Below are positions 27,975 through 37,013 of a DNA stretch of 64,000 nt, piece by piece; within the stretch, counting starts at the first letter, position 1; the number at the start of each line of letters is the position of its first letter. The notes under the pieces were generated by a model. That model did no database searches and was not told the DNA's origin. It was given only the letters and a program-made list of their open reading frames with translations. This DNA is from Candidatus Obscuribacteraceae bacterium (GTDB lineage Bacteria; Cyanobacteriota; Vampirovibrionia; Obscuribacterales; Obscuribacteraceae), in contig JBGAHS010000001.1 of NCBI GenBank assembly GCA_044226015.1, forward strand, positions 960,001 through 1,024,000, given 5' to 3'. The translations under genes were made by a program, and so were the position numbers.

Positions 27975-28631
27975 ATGCTTAAAGTAAGCGACATAGTAAA
28001 AGAACTTCTTTACTCTTCAGAGCCTGAGCTGACGGTGCTCTCACGCGACTTACTCAACTTGTCTGCCTATGCTAAAAGAATTCAACCTGAGGTTGAGCGG
28101 CGGGCACGTAAACCTGTTCAAACGGGCACCATAGTGGTGGCTCTTTCTCGCATTGCTGCACAAATAACAGAGGAAGACCCGCTTATTCCAAAGATAGAAT
28201 TAGAAGGACTTTCGCTGAAATCCAACTTGGTCGAGATTGCATTCAATAAGAGTTCAGCTAATAAATTGCGCGTTCAAAAATTGTATTCTGAGAAGGAATT
28301 TGCGCAGGCCGATTTCCTCACCATAACTTATGGCGCTGGCGAGGTTTCCATTTTTGCTCCGATGACTCATACTAAATCCATCTTAAGCATATTCAAACCT
28401 GACAAGCCCAAGTTGGTTCTCGACCATTTGGCTGCACTTACAGTGCAGTTTGGCGACCAGTACATTGATACTCCGAACATGTACTTTGCTCTGATGCGTG
28501 CTATTTCTGTGCGCAAGTTGAATATTGTGGAATTGATTTCTACCTTTACTGAACTCACTTTTCTCGTGCGACAGAGTGATGTAAATGAACTCTTTCAACT
28601 TATGAGTTCTCTCATGCGTCAACGGAAGTGA
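27975..28631 (+). CDS. ACT-domain protein with N-terminal HTH-like region (putative amino-acid-sensing regulator)
   Basis: LNLSAYAKRI...TIVVALSR helical N-terminus; C-terminal TPNMYF...LNIVELISTFTELTFLV ACT-like pattern. Confidence 0.6.
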   Translation: MLKVSDIVKELLYSSEPELTVLSRDLLNLSAYAKRIQPEVERRARKPVQTGTIVVALSRIAAQITEEDPLIPKIELEGLSLKSNLVEIAFNKSSANKLRVQKLYSEKEFAQADFLTITYGAGEVSIFAPMTHTKSILSIFKPDKPKLVLDHLAALTVQFGDQYIDTPNMYFALMRAISVRKLNIVELISTFTELTFLVRQSDVNELFQLMSSLMRQRK

Positions 28632-28689
28632 TTGAATGAAGAATTTCGTTCTGCGTGCGATAATACTTAGCCGACCATGAAGAGGATTC

Positions 28690-29292
28690 GTGATGACAAA
28701 GGCAAGTACACTTCTAGACATGTTGGGCGCTGGTAAGGTTCCTCCAAAGCTCGCTGACACAGCAATAATTATCGTGGATGCGCAGCGTGAATATCTGGAT
28801 GGAAGTGTTCCACTATGTGGAATTGATGACGCGCTTGTCGAAATAAAGAAGATTCTCTCTCGAGCCAGAGCCATAAAGGCACCAGTTTTTCATGTTGTGC
28901 ATCACACCGTATCTGGTGCTCCGATTTTTGACCCTGATGGACCTATGTCAGCTATTATTGATGCAGTTAAACCAACAGATAGTGAGCAAGTCGTTAAGAA
29001 AAATCTGCCAAGTGCTTTCGTCAACACAGAACTCGATGCATTTCTCAAGGAATGCGGAAAAAAAGAGCTCGTAATTACCGGTTTTATGACTCATATGTGC
29101 ATCAACGCGACAACTCGCAGCGCGGTAGATTTAGGCTATAGTCCGACAATTGTCGCCAACGCTTGTGCAAGCAGAGATTTACCTTCTCCCACTGGCGGTG
29201 TTGTTCCTGCCGCAGAAGTGCATCGTAGCAATTTAGCCTCTCTGGCTGACCTGCTTGCTTGCATCTGCAAGACTTCAGACGATTTGAAATAG
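28690..29292 (+). CDS. Isochorismatase-family cysteine hydrolase
   Basis: IIVDAQREY, KNLPSAF, GFMTHMCI (Asp-Lys-Cys triad). Confidence 0.92.
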   Translation: MMTKASTLLDMLGAGKVPPKLADTAIIIVDAQREYLDGSVPLCGIDDALVEIKKILSRARAIKAPVFHVVHHTVSGAPIFDPDGPMSAIIDAVKPTDSEQVVKKNLPSAFVNTELDAFLKECGKKELVITGFMTHMCINATTRSAVDLGYSPTIVANACASRDLPSPTGGVVPAAEVHRSNLASLADLLACICKTSDDLK

Positions 29293-29351
29293 GCAATGTT
29301 AATTTACTAAGTCTCAATCAGTCAAGAATGAAGAAGAAAGAATATCGCAAT

Positions 29352-30050
29352 TTATTTGATAGCAAGTGAACTCTTGAGTTTAGCGACCTGTGCTGCTATT
29401 TGTTTGGCTTCCGATGTCCTTTTTTGCTTTTGCAAAAGCATCAGCTTGGTGTTTAGCCAAAGATAGCGAGCAAACATTGGCTTGCTTTCGCCACTGTTCT
29501 GCAACCCCGCTGAATAATTTAAATTTCTATCGGCTGCGGCAAGGTCTCCGCTTTTCAAATAGGATAAAGTTTCAAATGCTGCGATGTAAGCTTGGTCTGT
29601 CAGTGTGGATGAGCCACTGTAAGTTCCTGTATAACCGCTTTTAATTAGCTCTCTAAGTTCTGGCATTAAAGGAGCAATTTCGTCGTACTTGCCCAAGGCA
29701 TACTTGCACTCTGCTAGCTTTTCTAGTGTCATGATTGAGAAGTTATGTACATTCACTAGATTAGCTGATTCGCCGGAATAGAGAGCTTTCATGATATCGG
29801 GGCGTTCATCTTTTGGACGCTTTCTCAAATCAGCGAGGACTTGAAACAATAATTGCTCGGCTTCAGCATATTGAGTACTGTCAAACTTATGTGATGCTTC
29901 AAAGTACAGCTCACTAGGCCTGATGCTAGCAGCGAAGGACGCTCCGCTTGTGGAGTTCAGAGAGACTAACAATAGTGTGCAAATTGGTACTAACGAGGTA
30001 GATAGCCAATTTCGGCATAGTCCGAGCGGCTTTTGTAGTTTGATTCCCAT
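29352..30050 (-). CDS. Exported hypothetical protein, TPR-like helical
   Basis: Signal-like N-terminus (ASFA); YAEAEQLL and LAECKYALGKYDE helices. Confidence 0.55.
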   Translation of the reverse strand: MGIKLQKPLGLCRNWLSTSLVPICTLLLVSLNSTSGASFAASIRPSELYFEASHKFDSTQYAEAEQLLFQVLADLRKRPKDERPDIMKALYSGESANLVNVHNFSIMTLEKLAECKYALGKYDEIAPLMPELRELIKSGYTGTYSGSSTLTDQAYIAAFETLSYLKSGDLAAADRNLNYSAGLQNSGESKPMFARYLWLNTKLMLLQKQKRTSEAKQIAAQVAKLKSSLAIK

Positions 30051-30285
30051 CTTAAACCTCCGTTTAATTCAACGTTATTTGAAATGATTTGAATTGGATT
30101 GGATTTCGAGCAGGAATGCGATGTAGTAGAACCGTTAATAGCCGAATAGATGTTATAACGAAATAGCTTTCCGTTGCCATCGACAGGTTCGTTTAATCAA
30201 TTGCGTGTATATAGTGCGGAATTTTGCACGTGTCTTGCACGCAACTCTGATTATTCTTGTTCCATAAGTCGGTGAGGGAATTGAA

Positions 30286-30834
30286 ATGGCTGATACAGCA
30301 ATGAATGAAACAAGATCAACTGAAAAGTCAGGCGAACAATTGCAGAGTGCAATGGACTCAGTTAAGAGCAATGATGACGTAAATAACCTCGCTAATCAAA
30401 CGCTTCGTGATATGAATAGCATGGATGGTAAGGCTTTTCGCGATATGGTCGGGCAAGCCATGATGAAGGAAGGGTTTGGCGGATACAACAACAAAGGTAT
30501 GGACATTGCCGAGCTTAGACTGGACAAGGAAGGCAATATAAAGGAGCTCAGCTTCACCAATCCATTCTCGAAAGATAAGGATCATGACAGAGTCACGCTA
30601 AAGAAAGGCGATAATGCTGCAGTAAATACCAAGTTGTCTGACAAATGTCTCTGGGCTGTTTCACCTTCGGGTGGTGGCGGAACTAACGATCTAGGAGCAC
30701 CTGTTGCCGCAGGTTTCGAGGATATGCTCAAAACTATTACGCAGAAGTTGAACAAGAAATGTGCTGACCTTCAAGAGGGAATGTGGGATAGAAATCGAGT
30801 CTATAACACAGAATCTCATAAGAACTGGAAATAA
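30286..30834 (+). CDS. Hypothetical protein
   Basis: 182-aa ORF with GAGGG RBS, followed by a terminator; no family recognised. Confidence 0.7.
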   Translation: MADTAMNETRSTEKSGEQLQSAMDSVKSNDDVNNLANQTLRDMNSMDGKAFRDMVGQAMMKEGFGGYNNKGMDIAELRLDKEGNIKELSFTNPFSKDKDHDRVTLKKGDNAAVNTKLSDKCLWAVSPSGGGGTNDLGAPVAAGFEDMLKTITQKLNKKCADLQEGMWDRNRVYNTESHKNWK

Positions 30835-30862
30835 AAGTTTAGGTTGACCGGGTTCGTAAGGC

Positions 30863-30897
30863 AAAAACAGGGAATTGCATATGCGATTCCCTGTTTT
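30863..30897. terminator. Bidirectional intrinsic terminator
   Basis: aaaacagggaattgc...gcgattccctgtttt between convergent genes. Confidence 0.85.
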
Positions 30898-30919
30898 ACT
30901 TTGGTACTGTATACGGTGC

Positions 30920-31633
30920 TTAGAATGTTTCGTCAAAGAAGTTCTTCGCGGCTGTCCATGAGCGATTCGCTGCAGACTTGTTGTAGAGAATGCCGTTGTC
31001 TGCCATATTAGCTTCAGGGTTTGTGAAAGCGTGAACGACTCCGCCGTAAGCGTGAATTTGCCAGTCTGCTTTCGCATCGGTCATCTCTTTGGCCACACCT
31101 ATCATGCTGTCTGGTTTAGCCATTGGGTCATCATATCCATGAAGGATCAAAACCTTTGCACTAATTTCTTTCTGTTTGCCGAGTTTTGGTGGGTCGAACA
31201 AACCATGAAAACTGACTGCTGCTTTAAGTCGAGGGTCGGCGCTTCTGGCTAAGTCAAGTGAGCACAAACCGCCAAAGCAATAACCCATTATTCCGATTTT
31301 CTTGCTATCTACATAGGGCAATTTTTCAGCAGCGTCGAGAGCTGCTTTTAAGCGCTTCAAGAGCAGTTCTCTATCATCCATAAAGGGTTGCATTAGCTTT
31401 GCATTCTCTTCCATTGTGTTGCCGCGTTTGCCCTTCCCGTAGATGTCGATTGCAAGACCAACATATCCGAGTTTTGCCAGATCATCTGCTTTCTTTCTTT
31501 CGAAATCGCTCTGACCAGCCCACGCATGCGCGATTAAGATACAAGGCTTTTTATATCTGTCGAGGTCGTCGTAAGAAACATAACCTTCGCACGTAGTTGA
31601 ACCTTCTGTGTACTCGATATATTCTGAAAGCAT
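30920..31633 (-). CDS. Dienelactone hydrolase family protein
   Basis: GYCFGG nucleophile motif, VSFHG, LHGYDDP, HAFTNP. Confidence 0.93.
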   Translation of the reverse strand: MLSEYIEYTEGSTTCEGYVSYDDLDRYKKPCILIAHAWAGQSDFERKKADDLAKLGYVGLAIDIYGKGKRGNTMEENAKLMQPFMDDRELLLKRLKAALDAAEKLPYVDSKKIGIMGYCFGGLCSLDLARSADPRLKAAVSFHGLFDPPKLGKQKEISAKVLILHGYDDPMAKPDSMIGVAKEMTDAKADWQIHAYGGVVHAFTNPEANMADNGILYNKSAANRSWTAAKNFFDETF

Positions 31634-31870
31634 GCCGTGACCCTTTTGTAAGTTCTATTGCCGACAATTCGACGAAGTTGAATTCTAGCACGGTGCATAT
31701 GAATTAGATATGATGCGGGTTCTTCTTGTCAGGCTGAGTGGTCTGAGCTGTCTGTGATTGTGGCTTTCCTGTCGTTTCAATGATTACAATTTTTTGCAGC
31801 TGTAAGTCGCCAGTACTATTTGCAAGTAATTCGCATTCAATTAGAACTCCATATTGAAATCGCCGGAAAA

Positions 31871-31903
31871 GCGAAACGCTTCGTTATTAACGAAGCGTTT
31901 CGC
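31871..31903 (-). terminator. Perfect inverted repeat / terminator downstream of the TPR gene
   Basis: gcgaaacgcttcgtta-t-taacgaagcgtttcgc, followed by UUUU on the minus strand. Confidence 0.85.
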
Positions 31904-31929
31904 AGTGAGTTTTTTTTCTTGGTTCTTGC

Positions 31930-34539
31930 TTATTGTTGGGATGCAACAGATAGCAAATTATGATTCTCAGCTTTAGTTGCAGCTACCAGTGGATTCTCCG
32001 CGCCAAGCACATTAGTGCGTATCAACACTTCTTCGTCAAGCAGTGTCTTCGCTTCCGAAATTCTTCCCATACGCAGCAAGCATACTGCTAGTGCATGGTT
32101 GGAATCTGCGACTGAAAGGTGATTTTGTCCGAACAGTGCTTTTCGCTTGCTGAGTGCTTCTGTTAGAAGCGGCTCTGCATCCATCTCGGCACCTAGCGCA
32201 ATAAACATTGCACCGACACTGTTCATTGACTCGAGCGTATCTGGATGGTTATCACCTAACGCTGCTTTGCGAAGTTTGAGTGATTTCTCCAGAAGCGGTG
32301 TGCCTTCCAGAAGTTGATGTTCGTCCCCTAGAGTGCCGCGCTTCCAGTAGAGGCGACCGAGGTCGTGAACTGACGCTGCTGCGCTCGGGTGGTTTTCACC
32401 AAGTGTTGTTTTGCGAATATACAACGCCTGGCTGAGGAATCTCTTGGATTCATCATAGTTACCCATGTGATAATGCAGAATTCCAAGTTGGTTGAAGCTT
32501 GCTGCTGTTTCGGGGTGGCGTTCTCCAAGGCTCTTCTTGCGCGTGGTGAGTGAATGCTCAAGCAGTGGTTGCGTTTCTGCATAACGCCCCATCTTGTTCA
32601 AGCACTCGCTATAGTGCAGCAAAGTTTGTGCAAAGTCAGGGTGTTCGATTCCGAGATGTTCTTTGCGATATGCCAGCGCCTGCGAGAGATATTTCTCAGC
32701 TTGCGTCAGCTTATCGAGCAAGAAATAAAATCGACCCATGTCGCTCTTACTTTGGGCAGTGTCGATGTGATCGTCACCAAAGATTTTGGTGCGCATCGCC
32801 AGTGCTTTCTCATACATTGTAGTGGCTTCCGCGTATTCGCCTTGCATCATATGGAGAATCGCGATGTCGTGAATTGTTTGTGCAATTGTTTTATGTTCTT
32901 CGCCGAATAGCTGCTTACGCAAATCAAGCGCTTCATTTAGAACACGTTTCGCTTCTTTGTAGTTGGCACGCTTTGTATATAATTGACCGAGGTCGTTCAT
33001 AGTGCTGACTGTGTCAGCGTGATTGCTTCCGAGTGCCATAGCTCTCCGGACAAGCGCCTGCTGGAAAGTCTCTTCGGCTTCTGCGTACTTGCCTCGTTTG
33101 AATGCGATTACCCCAAGCTTATGGAGAATTTCTACTACTGCAAGATGTTCTCTTCCAAGAACTTCTTCCAGTGTTGGCAAACCGGCTCGATAATGCTTTT
33201 CTGCTTCTGCGTACTTGCCCTGATTGTAGAGACGGTCTCCATGGTGAGTGAATGCTTCCGAGAACGGTTGCTCGACAGTCATTTGGGTGTCGAATTCGGG
33301 CACCATCGGTAAACCTTGCGCCTGCATGCTCATGAGGCGCTCTGTGGCTTCGTCCAGTTTTTCTTGAGGGCGTGATCTTTCAGATTCTTCAATTAACTGG
33401 CGCGCTTCTTCTTCGAGTACTCGCTCAAGTTCTTTTTGCTTCTCAGCCGAAATCGGCACGGGGGGTGATGTTGGACCTGGTGCTAACTCTCTTGCTGCTG
33501 GAGCCGGACCAGCCATAGCTGGCTGGGCTTGTGGCGGCACTGCCTGCGGTGCTACCGCTGCTGGGGCTGGTTCAGCTAGAGGCGCGGCTGGTTTCCCTGC
33601 ATAGAAATTCGCCCCTGGTGCAGCAAGTTGCAATTCCTGTACTGTGCTGTCTTGAAACTGAGCCGCCAATTGTTTTTGCTTTTCAGCTTCTAATTGCTGT
33701 CGTTTTAGTTCTTCCTCTGCAGCGAGTCGCTTTCCTTCTTCTTCTGCTGCGCGGCGAGCCGATTCTATTTCGTCTGCTACTCGTTTTTGCTCAGCTTCTT
33801 CCTGAGCTCTCTTTGTAGTTTCTTGTTCGATGGCTTCGAGGCGCAAAGCTTCTTGCAATGCAGCTTCTTGTGCAGCTTTTCTCGAAGCTTCGGCTTCCAA
33901 TCTTGCTGCTTCTTCCTGTCTAGCATTCTCAAGACGCTCAGCTTCTAAGCGTGCGGCTTCGAGTCTTTCCGCTTCCAAGCGGGCGGCTTCTTCTCGTGCA
34001 GCCTCTTCTTTGGCAGCTTGCTCACGGGCGACATTCTCTGCCTGCAGGCGGCTTTCTTCAGCGGCTCTGTGTATAGCAGCTTCAGCTTCCTCTGCTGCTC
34101 TCTTAATTTGCTCAGTGTCAGTGGGGGCGACACCTGCATTTTGCAGTGTACCTACCAATGCTTGAATGGCAGCTGGTTCAGCACCCTGAGGCATTAGCAA
34201 TTTGAACTCTTTGACCAGGTCTCTGTTTTGCACCAGAGAAAGCGTAAACTCTATGACTTTATCTGACTCGGCATTTTTTCCAATCATTGGAAGAAGTTGT
34301 GCCATCACTTGTAGCTCAGCGATCTTATTCATTCGCTCGAGCGCAGTATTGAGAGTCTGAATCTGTTTCATTGATTCAGCGTGTTGAACCCGCAGCAGCT
34401 CGGCTTGTTGGCTGTGCAATTGTTCTTGCTTTGCAACCATAGAATTGACCTGGTCGCTAATAAGTTGTTTGAGTAGGTCAGAATCAGGTTGCGCTGTCAT
34501 TAATCCGTTGTTCTCATTCATTATTCGAAAATTCCCCAC
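31930..34539 (-). CDS. Coiled-coil/charged-helix + Pro-Ala linker + kinesin-light-chain-type 42-aa TPR array protein
   Basis: EAARLEAERLE repeats; about ten repeats of LG.EHP.TA.S...LG.L...G.Y.EA..L. Confidence 0.88.
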   Translation of the reverse strand: MGNFRIMNENNGLMTAQPDSDLLKQLISDQVNSMVAKQEQLHSQQAELLRVQHAESMKQIQTLNTALERMNKIAELQVMAQLLPMIGKNAESDKVIEFTLSLVQNRDLVKEFKLLMPQGAEPAAIQALVGTLQNAGVAPTDTEQIKRAAEEAEAAIHRAAEESRLQAENVAREQAAKEEAAREEAARLEAERLEAARLEAERLENARQEEAARLEAEASRKAAQEAALQEALRLEAIEQETTKRAQEEAEQKRVADEIESARRAAEEEGKRLAAEEELKRQQLEAEKQKQLAAQFQDSTVQELQLAAPGANFYAGKPAAPLAEPAPAAVAPQAVPPQAQPAMAGPAPAARELAPGPTSPPVPISAEKQKELERVLEEEARQLIEESERSRPQEKLDEATERLMSMQAQGLPMVPEFDTQMTVEQPFSEAFTHHGDRLYNQGKYAEAEKHYRAGLPTLEEVLGREHLAVVEILHKLGVIAFKRGKYAEAEETFQQALVRRAMALGSNHADTVSTMNDLGQLYTKRANYKEAKRVLNEALDLRKQLFGEEHKTIAQTIHDIAILHMMQGEYAEATTMYEKALAMRTKIFGDDHIDTAQSKSDMGRFYFLLDKLTQAEKYLSQALAYRKEHLGIEHPDFAQTLLHYSECLNKMGRYAETQPLLEHSLTTRKKSLGERHPETAASFNQLGILHYHMGNYDESKRFLSQALYIRKTTLGENHPSAAASVHDLGRLYWKRGTLGDEHQLLEGTPLLEKSLKLRKAALGDNHPDTLESMNSVGAMFIALGAEMDAEPLLTEALSKRKALFGQNHLSVADSNHALAVCLLRMGRISEAKTLLDEEVLIRTNVLGAENPLVAATKAENHNLLSVASQQ

Positions 34540-35000
34540 AGAACCCGCCTGTCTGCAAGAGGCAGTACTATATTGTGCCCAGTTAGCTTCGCTTCCCCCA
34601 CTAAGATTCTAAAATTTGGGAGCTTTGAACTTCTTGACAAGCGGGGCGTATGAGATTTTGTTCAGTAGTTCTAAATTTTTGTCGACTTCTTTTGGCTGAA
34701 GCAATTCAAAAAAAAATTTCTGGGTAAATTTAAATACTTTTTCGATTTCGGTTCAGTGGCTGTCGGTTTCAAGACGGTTTTTCGGAACGTCAGGACAGTA
34801 GCAGCTTGGGCCGACTCGCAAAAGCTTTGCTTTGTCAGCGTTTTCCAATATCAACAGATGAAATCTTTCAATTCGGTTGTCGCAATTTCGAATCAAATGC
34901 ATATATTCAATCGGCTGAATCAGGAAAACGATCAACTCAATATCTTTGAGTGATTGATTAGGCTGCGCACTGTGGGGACAGTGCTGGTCTTTCGCGTGTC

Positions 35001-35954
35001 GTGTCGCTGAGACACGGAGGAAAGATTATGGCTACACCTGGCGACAACACAGTTTCTGAAAGACTTCCACGCGATATAGAAAATGCTCTGGCTGATTTTG
35101 GGACGCAACTGCTGACCGAGACCAAGCATTTCTCGCGTTCTATCAATAAGATGATAAACGAATTGCCCTCGTTATTTCCGCGTCTTGATCTTATAGATCA
35201 GAAACCAGCGAAGTCCGAAAAGTCGGCATTGAGTGAGTCTCACAAGGTTCTCTATGGGAATCATGAGAATCCGCTGGATGCCGTAAAGCCCGACGCGTGC
35301 ACTCAGCCCGTCGGAATCGGAAATTGTTACTTTGTCGCAGCTATGGCTTCCCTCTCAAAATCAAATCCACAAGCCATTGTCGATATGATCAAAAGTAATA
35401 AAGATGGAACCTACACTGTGAAATTCCCTGGTGCTTCTGAGACCTACACCGTGGAAAAGCCGACTAAGGACGAGCTAGAACAAGTGGGCGGTTCAAGCTC
35501 TTACGGCGACTGGCCGGTCGTTATGATGAAAGCCTTCGGTAAGCACTGTGGTGGTGGCAAGGGAGGTATTGAAAAGACTGACGGTGGTTCGCTTTTCAGT
35601 CTGGGCGTCAGGGTGCTAACTGACAAAGGTGTCGTTAACAATGGTGTAGGGTATATGGTTCCGCTATTGAGTTGGAAAGATCTCGATAGCCACTTGAACG
35701 GAGCTATGAATTCCAAGGATGCATTGCCGGTTACAGCAAGTACACGCTACTCTTTCTCCAGCGAGAAGACGACTAAGGCTGGTTTCCGTAGTGAGCACGT
35801 TTATAGCGTTCTTTCATACAAACCGGACTCTAAGAATCTAAAAGACGGCAAGGTGCTTGTGCGTAATCCCTGGGGAGGTAAGGACGCAACCAGTGAAATA
35901 ACTCTGCAACAATTCAGTGACAACTTTTTTCAACTGAGCATTCCAAACCGTTAG
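35001..35954 (+). CDS. Calpain-like (C2 family) cysteine peptidase
   Basis: QPVGIGNCYFVAA (Gln/Cys), DGTYTVKFPG, WP..MMKA, EHVYSV (His), VRNPWG (Asn); start probably ATG 35028. Confidence 0.85.
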   Translation: MSLRHGGKIMATPGDNTVSERLPRDIENALADFGTQLLTETKHFSRSINKMINELPSLFPRLDLIDQKPAKSEKSALSESHKVLYGNHENPLDAVKPDACTQPVGIGNCYFVAAMASLSKSNPQAIVDMIKSNKDGTYTVKFPGASETYTVEKPTKDELEQVGGSSSYGDWPVVMMKAFGKHCGGGKGGIEKTDGGSLFSLGVRVLTDKGVVNNGVGYMVPLLSWKDLDSHLNGAMNSKDALPVTASTRYSFSSEKTTKAGFRSEHVYSVLSYKPDSKNLKDGKVLVRNPWGGKDATSEITLQQFSDNFFQLSIPNR

Positions 35955-36107
35955 CCCAAAAACATTGCTGCAGCGGGATCTTTTGACTACGAAAAAATGA
36001 ATCGTATTATGAATAAGATCCGTTAAATGGCAATAGGGCGGGCGTGAAAGTATACTTGAAACCCAAATCCCCTTATAAATTGTCATTTCCGAGTTAAGGC
36101 TGTCACG

Positions 36108-37013
36108 ATGACCCCCGGTACCAAAGCAAATTCAAACAATCCTCTTTCGCGTCAACAAGGCAATGCTGCTTTTCAAGAGGCGCGCCGTGTTGTTGGCGTT
36201 TCAGCCAGAGACCAGGTCATGATTGAGTTTCAGCGCACGTCGTTGGAAATGGCTAAGCGTTTCATGGAAGCACAGCAAAACGTCATGCTTGCTTATCTTG
36301 GCGCTCAAGGGCAGACAAATAGTTTCAATTCAGAGTTCATCGACCTGGCTGTTCAATCTCAGTCAGCATGGGTTCAGTCACCTGTGAATTATGCAGTCAG
36401 TGCCGAAGCGCCTGTGACCAATCCGACGGTGCAATACGAAAGCAACAAGGCTGCAGTGGTCAAGGTTGAACCTGCCATTGTGAGCAATGAAATCGTAGTG
36501 GCTCCTATGGTGGCAGAGGCAGCGGCGGTTCCGGCGAACGGTGGTTCTAATGGAAAGTCGAACGGTGCAAATACTGAAGTAGTTAGTCTTGTTAAGTCGG
36601 GCAATAATGGTAGCGGTCCGCTTTCACCTAGCAGCACCACATCTGGTGCTAGTAACGCGCCTGATGCAGAGCAGTTAGTTGCATCTCTTATAGAGATTGT
36701 GAGCGAAAGAACCGGCTATCCACCCGAAATGCTTGACCCTGAGCTTGATCTTGAAGCTGATTTGGGAATTGATTCAATTAAACGTGTTGAGATTTTGAAT
36801 AACTTCAGAAAATTACTACCGGAAAGCACACAGTCTGTTTTGGAAGAAGGCATCGAGCGTTTAGCTGGAGTCAAGACTCTTGCTGGAATTATCGATTGGA
36901 TCAGAAATGATCTAGACCTGGGTGGATCATCATCTAATTCAACAGCTATTAATAGCCTGTCACTGGCTCCTGGCTCCGCAGAAACTAGCCAGATGCAACG
37001 AGAACTGGTCTAA
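36108..37013 (+). CDS. PKS-type acyl carrier protein with N-terminal amphipathic helix and low-complexity linker
   Basis: IVSERTGYPPEMLDPELDLEADLGIDSIKRVEIL (Pfa/Hgl-type ACP, Ppant Ser). Confidence 0.9.
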   Translation: MTPGTKANSNNPLSRQQGNAAFQEARRVVGVSARDQVMIEFQRTSLEMAKRFMEAQQNVMLAYLGAQGQTNSFNSEFIDLAVQSQSAWVQSPVNYAVSAEAPVTNPTVQYESNKAAVVKVEPAIVSNEIVVAPMVAEAAAVPANGGSNGKSNGANTEVVSLVKSGNNGSGPLSPSSTTSGASNAPDAEQLVASLIEIVSERTGYPPEMLDPELDLEADLGIDSIKRVEILNNFRKLLPESTQSVLEEGIERLAGVKTLAGIIDWIRNDLDLGGSSSNSTAINSLSLAPGSAETSQMQRELV

